Shown here one piece after another: positions 1 through 8,798 of a stretch of 64,000 nt of DNA. The notes beneath the pieces were generated by a model, which saw nothing but the letters and a program-made list of their open reading frames with translations, was not told where the DNA came from and made no database searches. The translations under genes and the position numbers were made by a program. Position 1 is the stretch's first letter; each line of letters starts with the position of its first letter. The stretch comes from an uncultured delta proteobacterium (GTDB lineage: Bacteria > Myxococcota_A > Polyangia > Polyangiales > Polyangiaceae): contig CAVOKF010000008.1 of assembly GCA_963696385.1 (NCBI GenBank), positions 736,001 through 800,000 of the forward strand, in the 5' to 3' direction.

Positions 1-1664
1 GCCGCCGTGTTGATCGCGGTGAGCTCCACGTCGATCCGGAGCTGCTCGCCGTCGGCCGGCATCGCGGCACGCACGGCGACGTACCGGCGATCGGCAAGTC
101 GCAACGCTACGAGAACGATGGCGGTCAGGGCCTGCGAGAGGCGTACCGGGTCCGCCAGAATGCGCGGAACCCCGGGTTGAATTTCGCCGACGACCTCGGC
201 TTCGTCCCCGGCGGTCAGCATGCGGGCGTCGAGCAGCGCCGGCATGACGACGTCGCCCACGCGCGTGATTTCGGGTGCGATCGTCAACTCGCCGGCCTCG
301 GCCCGCGCCGCGTCGAGAATCGTTTCGATGAGATACAAGAGCTCTCGACCGCGCCGGTCGATGATCGCGAGACTCTCCCACTGCCCCTCGGTGAGGGGGC
401 CGCGCATGACCAGATCGGCGAAGCCGAGCACGGCGTTGAGGGGCGCCTTCAGGTCGTGGCTCATCGACGCAAGAAACAGGCTGCGCGTTCGCTCCGTCGC
501 GGCGCGCGCCTCGATCGCGCGCTCTTGCGCGCGCGCGAATTCACGGAACACCCCACCGAGCGCGTCCGCGGCCGCCATCAGGTCCGCCACGGACCGGAAC
601 CGCACCCAGCTATGGAGGCGGTTGCCTCGCAAGACATCCGCGACTCCGGTCGCGGCGAGCTCTCGGGTCGCGAGCACCACGTCGTTCGCGAACATCCTCC
701 CGATGCGCTGGCCGAGCGCCCAGGCCACGCCGATGGCCACGAGCGCCAAGGCCAGATACACGCCCGTCCAGAGACTGAGGCGGGCGGTTCGGACGCGCAC
801 ACGAGCGTGACCGTCGGTGAGCGGAACGGTCAGAATCGTCGTTCCGTCGTCGCTGCGGGTCGCGGAGAAGAGAGCGGGCGTGTCAAAAACGCTGAACTCG
901 AAGGCGTAGGCGCGCGCCGCCTCGATGGCCGCCCTGCGACCGCGCGTGTCGCCATCGATCACGTCGAAGACGCCTCGCGCCAGCTCGGCGGCGTCGTTTT
1001 GCCTCGAAGACGAATCGAACGCGCGCAGATGCGCATGAACGAGCAAGGACGCTCCCAACGCGACGAAAGTGACGGGTGCCACCACGGCCAGAAGCAACCT
1101 CTGACGGACGCGCTCGACCCCGAGCCTGCGGGATCGTAGTTGCTCGATGACTTCTCGGGCCACGCCCACCGGCGCGAGCTCGAGCGCCCGGGCGACCGAC
1201 GCTCGGGCGCCGACGTAGGCCGGCAGGATCGCGACGCTCGCCATGGTCATCACGAGCAGGACGAGTTCGACCTGCGTGTAGATGTCGTTCGTATCGGGTC
1301 GCACCGGACGCACCAGGGTCACCGAGCAGACGGCGAGGGTCACGGCGAGATCGACCGCGACGAGGTGCGCCGGAGCCGAGTAGAGCGTACGGATCTCGGC
1401 CGGTTGAACGCCGGACGCACCGGCGGCCAACTTTCGGAGCACGGGCCGCAGCCGGCGGCCCAAAAGACCCGTCGAGACGAGGACCAAACCGAGCGACACG
1501 CCCCATCCCCACAGCGCGAGGCGAGTGCTTCCGGCGATCACGCGCTCGTCGAGCAGCAAGAGTCGCGGCGCAAACACCACCACGATCATCGCGGTGACCG
1601 CCCAGGCCACGGACTGGATCGCGACCAGCCGCCCGACGAGACCGGCTGCGGCATTGCCCTTCAT
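1..1664 (-). CDS. Membrane sensor histidine kinase-like protein (HisKA intact, HATPase degenerate); runs off the left edge
   Basis: Hand translation from ATG at 1664 (ATGA overlap with upstream kinase stop) is open to base 1: several TM segments, H-box LFLASMSHDLKAPLNAVLGF, then ADPVRLSQALTAIVLVALRL. Absent from the ORF track because its stop is outside the window. Confidence 0.85.
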   Translation of the reverse strand, partial: MKGNAAAGLVGRLVAIQSVAWAVTAMIVVVFAPRLLLLDERVIAGSTRLALWGWGVSLGLVLVSTGLLGRRLRPVLRKLAAGASGVQPAEIRTLYSAPAHLVAVDLAVTLAVCSVTLVRPVRPDTNDIYTQVELVLLVMTMASVAILPAYVGARASVARALELAPVGVAREVIEQLRSRRLGVERVRQRLLLAVVAPVTFVALGASLLVHAHLRAFDSSSRQNDAAELARGVFDVIDGDTRGRRAAIEAARAYAFEFSVFDTPALFSATRSDDGTTILTVPLTDGHARVRVRTARLSLWTGVYLALALVAIGVAWALGQRIGRMFANDVVLATRELAATGVADVLRGNRLHSWVRFRSVADLMAAADALGGVFREFARAQERAIEARAATERTRSLFLASMSHDLKAPLNAVLGFADLVMRGPLTEGQWESLAIIDRRGRELLYLIETILDAARAEAGELTIAPEITRVGDVVMPALLDARMLTAGDEAEVVGEIQPGVPRILADPVRLSQALTAIVLVALRLADRRYVAVRAAMPADGEQLRIDVELTAINTA

Positions 1665-3184
1665 GTCGAATCGCCTCGAGCCGGGTCCCAGGCGGGCAGG
1701 AGCACCTTGAACGTCGACCCTCGGCCGAGTTCGCTCTCGACGTCGATGAGCCCGTCGTGCATGGCGACCAGGCGGCGCGTGATCGCCAGACCCAACCCCG
1801 TGCCTCGTCGCCGAGCGCGCTCGGCCGTCGTTTGCTTGTATTCCTGGAAGATGGAGGCCCGTTCCTGCAATCGGATGCCGGGGCCCGTGTCTCGCACCGT
1901 GAATCGCGCGAAGCCCGCTTCGTGGCCCACGTCCACCACCACTTCGCCTCGCTGAGTGAACTTGACGGCGTTGCCGACGAGATTCGTCAGGATCTGGCGC
2001 ACGCGCTTTGCATCGGCGTCGGCAAATACGTCGCGCGCCCCGTCTACGCGCACCACGACCGGACGTTCTCCGACGAGTCCGACGGCTTCGCGCACGACGT
2101 CGCTGGCCACGGCCGCGAGATCGACGGAGGTTCGTACGAGCTTCAGCTGTCCGCTCTCGAGGGCACTGAGGTCGAGGATGTCGTTGATGAGCTCGAGCAA
2201 GTGCCTTCCCGAGGCTCGGATTTGATTGACCTCCTCGCGTGCCTCGGGGGCCAGGGGGCCGTCGACCTCGGCCACCAGCAGGTCGGCAAAGCCGAGAATG
2301 GCGTTGAGCGGGCTTCGCAGTTCGTGGCTGACGGCGGCAAGGAATGCCGCTTGATCGCGGTCGGCCGCCCGCACCCGCTCCAGATCGGTTCGGTAACTCG
2401 ATCGCGCAGCCGCGAACCGGTCCACCAGAGCGTTGAACGCGATCGTCAAGGCACCGACCTCGTCCATCGTGCGCACGGGCACGACCTCTCCGGCCGGCTC
2501 CGATAGGACGTGCGTCATCGCGCGAACGCGCTTGGCGACGAACTCCACGTCGCTGTTGGCGTCGCGCGCGACGGCGAACGCCATCGCCGCGGCGACACCG
2601 ACCAGCAGTGTCGTCAGGGCGACGAGGGCGCGCAGAAGGGCGGCTTCCCCGTCGGGAGCCACGGGCTCGCGCACGAAGGCGACGAGAGCGCGAGAGCGGT
2701 CGAGCGGGACCGCCGCAAAGCGCGTCCGACCCAGGCCGGTGAACGCTTCGCCCGACCCCTGCACCACGATGCGCTTGAGGGCGGCTCTGTCGGCAAGGCC
2801 GAGGCTGGCGTCGAGCACGATGCCGCCCTCGGGCGTCGCGACCACGATCTCCGCCCCGGTTTGGCGTGCTGCGCGCTGCATCGCCTCCAGCCGTTCGGAG
2901 GCAGGAAGCCGCGACAGACGTCCCGCGAGGGTCGACGCGATCGACCACGCCCGCACGGAGGCGTGTGCGTCGCTCGCAATCGACAAGTCCGACACGCCGA
3001 CCACACCGATCGCCACGGCAATGGCGAGCCCGACGACGATCACCGCCACGGGCGCGAGCGGAACCATCGGCCATGCCGTGCCGGCCCGGCGAGTGGAGGT
3101 AGGCGGACTCGGCGGCGGCAGCGTGCGCCGGACAGCGGCCGCCGCCGGTTCGGCGGTCGATTGCACGGTTTGCACGTCCGCCAT
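1661..3184 (-). CDS. HAMP-domain sensor histidine kinase
   Basis: Two TM helices, HAMP (DEVGALTIAFN), H-box SHELRSPL, N-box TNLVGNAVKFT, G1 DTGPGI, G2 GTGLGLAI; start chosen at ATG 3184. Confidence 0.93.
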   Translation of the reverse strand: MADVQTVQSTAEPAAAAVRRTLPPPSPPTSTRRAGTAWPMVPLAPVAVIVVGLAIAVAIGVVGVSDLSIASDAHASVRAWSIASTLAGRLSRLPASERLEAMQRAARQTGAEIVVATPEGGIVLDASLGLADRAALKRIVVQGSGEAFTGLGRTRFAAVPLDRSRALVAFVREPVAPDGEAALLRALVALTTLLVGVAAAMAFAVARDANSDVEFVAKRVRAMTHVLSEPAGEVVPVRTMDEVGALTIAFNALVDRFAAARSSYRTDLERVRAADRDQAAFLAAVSHELRSPLNAILGFADLLVAEVDGPLAPEAREEVNQIRASGRHLLELINDILDLSALESGQLKLVRTSVDLAAVASDVVREAVGLVGERPVVVRVDGARDVFADADAKRVRQILTNLVGNAVKFTQRGEVVVDVGHEAGFARFTVRDTGPGIRLQERASIFQEYKQTTAERARRRGTGLGLAITRRLVAMHDGLIDVESELGRGSTFKVLLPAWDPARGDST

Positions 3185-3299
3185 CTTAACGCCGTAAATG
3201 TCGATGTCTTGGCACTTGCACCTCGCTGGGGCAGGCTTACGCTCGGAGCGACTCTCGGGCGCGGGAATGCGCTCGCTCGTCACTCGGTTGAGATCGCGC

Positions 3300-3536
3300 A
3301 TGCTGCAAACCCATCTGACGTTGGGGGTAACCCTCGTGGTGTACGGGTGGCATGAGAGCCAACCCGGAACGCTCGCGTGGGCTTTCCCGAGCCTGGCCGC
3401 GGCGCTGCGTGGCGTGCACGCGTTGCGCAATGCCGCGCGCTGGCTCATCGTCGAAGGTCACCGCATCTTCGACGAAGACGTCGACGTGGACGCGTTGCGC
3501 CGCACCGGCGGGGTGCTGCTCGAGGGCGCGGCGTAG
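3300..3536 (+). CDS. Small hypothetical protein
   Basis: Protein-like composition (LVVYGWHESQPGTLAWAFPSL); fills the gap between the kinase and MaoC genes. Confidence 0.5.
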   Translation: MLQTHLTLGVTLVVYGWHESQPGTLAWAFPSLAAALRGVHALRNAARWLIVEGHRIFDEDVDVDALRRTGGVLLEGAA

Positions 3537-3648
3537 CGGCGTCGGCGTCTCGGGGGTCGATTGACGGGCCCACCACCGGTCACGGCCGATCGGATGTCTG
3601 TTGCGAGGCATGGGTCCCAATGGGTCGTTCGACCGTGACGCCTGCCGC

Positions 3649-4497
3649 TTATTCCTCGTACGTCGCCCCGGCGGCGCCGATGACGATCTCGTCACGCTCC
3701 TTGACCCTCACCTGCAGCGCCACACGGCCCGCGCCCACGCGCCACCCGTCGGTCACGAGCGTGTCTCCGGGCCATACGGGGCGCCGAAACTGCGCCTCGA
3801 ATGTGCGCAGCCGTGTCGCGTCACCTGCGCACAACGCTTTCGCCACATGTCGGACCATGAACCCGAACGTACAGAGGCCGTGCAAAATCGGACCCTTGTC
3901 GAATCCCACGGATCGCGCGAAATCCGGGTCCGCGTGAAGAGGGTTGCGGTCTCCCGAGAGCCGGTAGAGGAGCGCCTGCTCGATCGAAGTCCCCTCCTCT
4001 ACCGAAAACGTCGGGGGCTCATCCCTGGGCCGCTCGACCAGGGGCCGCTCCTTGGGGGGAGGTTCACCGCCGAAGCCCCCGTCGCCGCGGAAGACGATCG
4101 ACGACGTGGTCTCGGCCACCAGCCGGCCCCGTTCGTCCTCGGATCGCGTGTCGACGACGACTTGCGCGAAGCGACGCAAGTCGTAGACGCCGCGGACGGT
4201 GGCCGTCGTGACGAGCGTGCCGTTCGGAGCGATCGGGGCGTGAAGCGTCACGCGTTCGCCGCCATGAACGATGAGGCTCATGTTGCCGCCCGATCCGGCG
4301 AGCAGATCGAGCATCGGTACAAACTTCGGCACGACGGCGAAGCTCGGCAACACCTTGGGCCCGCGGCCCTCGTAGAGAAAATCGAGCTCCTCTCGCTTCG
4401 CCCCGACGCCGAGCGCGTAGAGCACGGTATCCCGCCACGAATACGAGTGGGTGGAGGGCGCATTCGAACGACCGGCAAGCGACGGGTCGACAGGCAT
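3649..4497 (-). CDS. MaoC-family double hot-dog (R)-enoyl-CoA hydratase
   Basis: YALGVG, VHGGE, hydratase-2 motif YRLSGDRNPLHADP and ILHGLCTFG. Confidence 0.92.
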   Translation of the reverse strand: MPVDPSLAGRSNAPSTHSYSWRDTVLYALGVGAKREELDFLYEGRGPKVLPSFAVVPKFVPMLDLLAGSGGNMSLIVHGGERVTLHAPIAPNGTLVTTATVRGVYDLRRFAQVVVDTRSEDERGRLVAETTSSIVFRGDGGFGGEPPPKERPLVERPRDEPPTFSVEEGTSIEQALLYRLSGDRNPLHADPDFARSVGFDKGPILHGLCTFGFMVRHVAKALCAGDATRLRTFEAQFRRPVWPGDTLVTDGWRVGAGRVALQVRVKERDEIVIGAAGATYEE

Positions 4498-4570
4498 CGT
4501 GGCCGCGGGAGCATCGACTCTGGCCGGCGAGCCGTCAACGCGCCCGATGCTATGAGGGACCCTTTCGGGG

Positions 4571-7153
4571 ATGGCTCCACGGATGGCCGCCGCACCGCCC
4601 ACATCACCGCCCAAAACGAAGCGCGTGCTGCTCGCCGACCGCGTTCCGCCGCGCCCAGGTACGCCGCCCGAGGATCTGCTGGATCTGTTCCTCGGTCACG
4701 TCCGTGAGCTCGGCCTCGAGCTTTACCCCGCGCAGGAACAGGCCATCCTCGAGCTTCTGTCGGGCAGCAACGTCATCCTCGCGACGCCGACGGGAAGCGG
4801 GAAATCGCTCGTCGCCCTCGCCATGCATTTTCTGGCGATGAGCCAAGGCAAGCGGAGCTTCTACACGGCCCCCATCAAGGCGCTGGTCAGCGAGAAGTTC
4901 TTTGCCTTGTGTGCGGATTTCGGGCCCGATCACGTGGGCATGATCACCGGCGACGCGTCGGTCAACCGCGACGCTCCGATCGTGTGCTGCACGGCCGAAA
5001 TCGTCGCGAACCTCGCTCTGCGCGAGGGCAAGCGCGGCCCGATCGATCGTCTCGTCGTCGACGAGTTTCACTACTACGCCGACAAGGACCGGGGCGTCGC
5101 CTGGCAGATTCCGCTTCTGGTGCTCGAGCGCGCACAATTTCTCTTGATGAGCGCGACACTCGGTCCGACCGAAGCGTTCGACCGTGCGCTCACGAAGCTC
5201 ACCAAGCGACCCACCGTGACCGTCCGGTCGGCCGATCGGCCCGTGCCTCTCCGCTTCGAGTATCGGGAGACGCCGCTGCACGAGACGATCATCGAGCTCG
5301 CGCGCGCCGGACGCGCTCCGATTTATGTCGTCAACTTCACGCAAAGGGCGGCGGCCGAAACCGCGCAAGATCTGATGAGCATGGATCTCGTGACCAAGGA
5401 GCGAAAGCGGCTCATCGGTAGCGAGCTCTTGAGCGGGATTCGCTTCGACACGCCGTACGGCAAAGAGGTGAAGCGCTTCCTGGCGCACGGGATCGGGATT
5501 CACCACGCAGGGCTTTTGCCGAAGTACCGGCGACTCGTCGAAAAGCTGGCGCAAAAGGGACTCCTGGCGATCGTGAGCGGCACCGACACGCTCGGCGTGG
5601 GCGTCAATATCCCCATCCGATCGGTGCTCTTCACGCGCCTCTGCAAGTTCGACGGCGACAGGACGGCGCTGCTCGGCGTGCGCGAGTTCCAGCAAATCGC
5701 CGGAAGGGCGGGCCGCAAGGGGTTCGACGACAGCGGCGATGTCGTCGTGCAGGCCCCCGAGCACGTCATCGAGAACATTCGATTGGAGCAGAAGGCGGCC
5801 GGCGACCCGGTCAAGACCCGGCGCATCGTGCGTAAGAAGCCGCCCGACAAGGGGTACGTGCATTGGGACCGCGCGACGTTCGACCGCCTCGTGAAGTCGC
5901 AGCCCGAACCGCTCGTGTCCAGGTTCAGCGTCTCTCACGGTATGATCCTGAGCGTGCTCGAGTCCCCGGACGCGGGCTGCCTCGATGTGGCCCGCATCAT
6001 CCACCGGTCGCACGAGCGGCCCGCACAGCGGCGGATCTTCGGCCGAGAGGCCAAGGCGATGGTCGACACCCTCGTGGCCGCAGGAATTGTCGAAATCGAT
6101 CCCCATCAGCCCCGAAAAATCAGGCTGCACGTCGATCTGCAGGACGACTTCTCGCTTCACCACGCGCTGTCGCTCTGGCTCATCGATACGATCGACTTGT
6201 TGGATCCGTCGAGCCCGAGCTACGCGCTCGACGTCATGACGTTGGTCGAATCGATCTTGGAAAACCCAGACTTCGTACTTCGCCAGCAGATCGAGGCCCT
6301 CAAACGAGTCAAACTCGCCGAGCTGAAGATGGCCGGCGTCGAATACGAGCAGCGCATCGAGGAGCTCGAGAAAATCGAGCATCCCAAGCCACTGCGCGAA
6401 CTGGTCTACGATTCCTTCAATGCCTTCGCGCGCGCTCACCCGTGGGTGCGCGGCGACGACGTGCGGCCCAAGTCGATCGCGCGGGAGATGGTCGAACGGT
6501 TCATGGACTTCAACGAGTACGTGCGAGAATACGAACTCGGTCGCGCCGAAGGGACGCTTTTGCGTTACTTGAGTGACGCGTACAAAGCGCTCGTCCAGAC
6601 CGTACCGGCGCCGGCGAAGACGCCGGAGGTCGAAGAGATCGAAGTGTTTCTGCGAGCGATCGTGCGATCCGTCGATTCGAGTTTGCTCGACGAATGGGAA
6701 CGCCTGGCTTCAGGGGTCCCGGAGCCGACGAACGACGAGCGGGGCCCGTTTCCGGAACCCACGCCCCAGGACATCACCCAAGACGCACGCGCCTTCGCCG
6801 TGCTGGTGCGAGCCGCTCTCTTCCAGCTGATTCGCGCGCTGGGCCGCAAGGATTGGGCCGGTGCGGCCGCGATGGTGTCCGCGGCGCCTGACACGGAGCC
6901 CTGGTCGGCGGAACGCTTTGCGCGATCGATGTCGCCCTTCTTCGAGGAACACACCGCGGTCCGGACGGACGCGAGCGCCCGCCTCCAGGACCGTACGCGC
7001 ATCGATTCGTCCGCGCGGATCACCTGGGACGTCGTCCAGGTGATGAGCGACGTGGAAGAAGACGACGACTGGATGCTTTCCTGCTTCGTCGATCTCGAGG
7101 CCTCCGCGCGAGACGGCAAACCGGTCATCGTCATGCGAGGCATCTCGCGCTAG
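4571..7153 (+). CDS. Ski2-like DEAD/DEAH-box helicase with C-terminal DUF3516-type region
   Basis: TPTGSGKS, PIKALVSEK, DEFH, MSAT, HHAGLLP, TDTLGVGVN, QIAGRAGR. Confidence 0.93.
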   Translation: MAPRMAAAPPTSPPKTKRVLLADRVPPRPGTPPEDLLDLFLGHVRELGLELYPAQEQAILELLSGSNVILATPTGSGKSLVALAMHFLAMSQGKRSFYTAPIKALVSEKFFALCADFGPDHVGMITGDASVNRDAPIVCCTAEIVANLALREGKRGPIDRLVVDEFHYYADKDRGVAWQIPLLVLERAQFLLMSATLGPTEAFDRALTKLTKRPTVTVRSADRPVPLRFEYRETPLHETIIELARAGRAPIYVVNFTQRAAAETAQDLMSMDLVTKERKRLIGSELLSGIRFDTPYGKEVKRFLAHGIGIHHAGLLPKYRRLVEKLAQKGLLAIVSGTDTLGVGVNIPIRSVLFTRLCKFDGDRTALLGVREFQQIAGRAGRKGFDDSGDVVVQAPEHVIENIRLEQKAAGDPVKTRRIVRKKPPDKGYVHWDRATFDRLVKSQPEPLVSRFSVSHGMILSVLESPDAGCLDVARIIHRSHERPAQRRIFGREAKAMVDTLVAAGIVEIDPHQPRKIRLHVDLQDDFSLHHALSLWLIDTIDLLDPSSPSYALDVMTLVESILENPDFVLRQQIEALKRVKLAELKMAGVEYEQRIEELEKIEHPKPLRELVYDSFNAFARAHPWVRGDDVRPKSIAREMVERFMDFNEYVREYELGRAEGTLLRYLSDAYKALVQTVPAPAKTPEVEEIEVFLRAIVRSVDSSLLDEWERLASGVPEPTNDERGPFPEPTPQDITQDARAFAVLVRAALFQLIRALGRKDWAGAAAMVSAAPDTEPWSAERFARSMSPFFEEHTAVRTDASARLQDRTRIDSSARITWDVVQVMSDVEEDDDWMLSCFVDLEASARDGKPVIVMRGISR

Positions 7154-7172
7154 AACGACGGTCCTCGCCATC

Positions 7173-7676
7173 ATGCCTTCTCCGGCTCGAACCGCTCCGG
7201 TCGCCCCCATCGTCGTTCGCAAATCACGCATCCAAGGTCGAGGCGTCTTCGCCACGAGGGACATCGCGGAGGGCGAACGCATCGTCGAGTACGTCGGAGC
7301 CCGCATGACGCACGACGAGGCCGACGCGGCGTGCCCGGACGACGAAGCGACGGGGCGACATCACACGTTTCTTTTCGCCGTCGACGACTGCATGTGCATC
7401 GACGGCAGTCGCGACGGAAACGACGCACGGTTCATCAACCACTCGTGCGATCCGAATTGCGACGTCGTCATCGCGCGCCAGCGCGTGTTCGTCCACGCGC
7501 TGCGTGACATCGAGGAGGGCGAGGAGCTGCTCTACGACTACTGGTACATGACCGACGAGAGCTACACGATGGACGACCTGCGGCGCATCTACCCCTGCAA
7601 ATGCGGATCGGACGCGTGTCGTGGGACGCTCGCACGGCCGCCGCGCCCGGCCAAAAAGCGCACGCGCGGCCGATGA
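7173..7676 (+). CDS. SET-domain protein-lysine methyltransferase with post-SET motif
   Basis: GRGVFA, RFINHSCDPN, GEELLYDY, CKCGSDACRG. Confidence 0.93.
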   Translation: MPSPARTAPVAPIVVRKSRIQGRGVFATRDIAEGERIVEYVGARMTHDEADAACPDDEATGRHHTFLFAVDDCMCIDGSRDGNDARFINHSCDPNCDVVIARQRVFVHALRDIEEGEELLYDYWYMTDESYTMDDLRRIYPCKCGSDACRGTLARPPRPAKKRTRGR

Positions 7677-7715
7677 CGATTCCGGCGTAGCGCTGAACGC
7701 GATGGCATCGTGCCC

Positions 7716-8663
7716 ATGAAAGCCGCATGGCCCGCCTCACGCACCATCTGGGTGGACGGGGCGCTCATCGCCTGGGACGATGCGCGGGCGAGTGTTCTGT
7801 CTCACTCGATGCAGCGCGGCAGCCTCGTCTTCGACGTAGCCGCTCTGCGCGAAACCGCCGGCGGCGGCATCGCGTGCTTTCGTGCGCGAGACCACGTCGA
7901 TCGATTTCTGCGTTCCGCGGCGCTCATCGGATTGGACGTGCGTTGGGACAAGACGGCGCTTCTTGCGGCGATGGCACGAACGGCTCGCGACAACGGCGTC
8001 TCGACGGCGCTGGTCCGCTGGTCGGCGTTCGTTGCCACCCTCGAGCCCGATGTCGTGCCGCGGGCGACATCGCGTGCGAGCGTCGCCGTCGCGGTGATCA
8101 CGCCGGCCGACGCGGCCGGCCGGGGCGAGCCGATCCATGCGAAAGCGGCCGTCGTCAACGTGGCCATACCGCGCGACAGCCGCAAGGCGGGTCCGGAGGT
8201 CTTGCCTCCGCAAGCGAAGGTGGCCGGGGCGTATCTCGGCTCGATGCTCGCGAAGCGACGTGCCCTGACCTACGGCTACGACGAGGTGGTCCTGCTCGAT
8301 CGCGAAGGCCGGGTGGCGGAGGCGCCGACGGCGAACGTCTTCGCGGTGGTCGGAGGCGTACTCGTCACGCCGCCGACCGAACGCGTGCTTTCCGGGGTCA
8401 CCCGCGCCAGCATCCTCGACCTCGCGCGGACCGAAGGCATCGAGGTCCGTGAAGCCCACATGACCCCGGACGAACTCACGAACGCCGACGAAGCGTTCCT
8501 GACCGCCACATCGCTGCCCGTTCAAGCCATTGGCTCCGTCGACGGTCACGCCATGCGTGCCGGCGCGCCCGGTCCCCTGACGATTCGCCTCAAAGAAGCT
8601 CTGGTGGCCTGCCAGCGGGGCGAGGACACGCGTTTCTCGAAATGGCTCGACCGGGTCGGTTGA
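7716..8663 (+). CDS. Class IV PLP aminotransferase (IlvE-like, divergent)
   Basis: IWVDG, PLP lysine in AKVAGAY, EAPTANVF, LSGVTR, ADEAFLTAT; the usual LHYG segment reads MQRG. Confidence 0.85.
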   Translation: MKAAWPASRTIWVDGALIAWDDARASVLSHSMQRGSLVFDVAALRETAGGGIACFRARDHVDRFLRSAALIGLDVRWDKTALLAAMARTARDNGVSTALVRWSAFVATLEPDVVPRATSRASVAVAVITPADAAGRGEPIHAKAAVVNVAIPRDSRKAGPEVLPPQAKVAGAYLGSMLAKRRALTYGYDEVVLLDREGRVAEAPTANVFAVVGGVLVTPPTERVLSGVTRASILDLARTEGIEVREAHMTPDELTNADEAFLTATSLPVQAIGSVDGHAMRAGAPGPLTIRLKEALVACQRGEDTRFSKWLDRVG

Positions 8664-8798
8664 GCGCACAGACCTTCGCGACCCGCGCATCGCACCTGCG
8701 ACCATGGGAGCGGGGTAACGACATCGACCGCGACCGGCGGAAGAGCATAAAGCCCTCATGGTTCGTTTGGATTGGGCAGCCCGTAGCGTAAAGTGACA

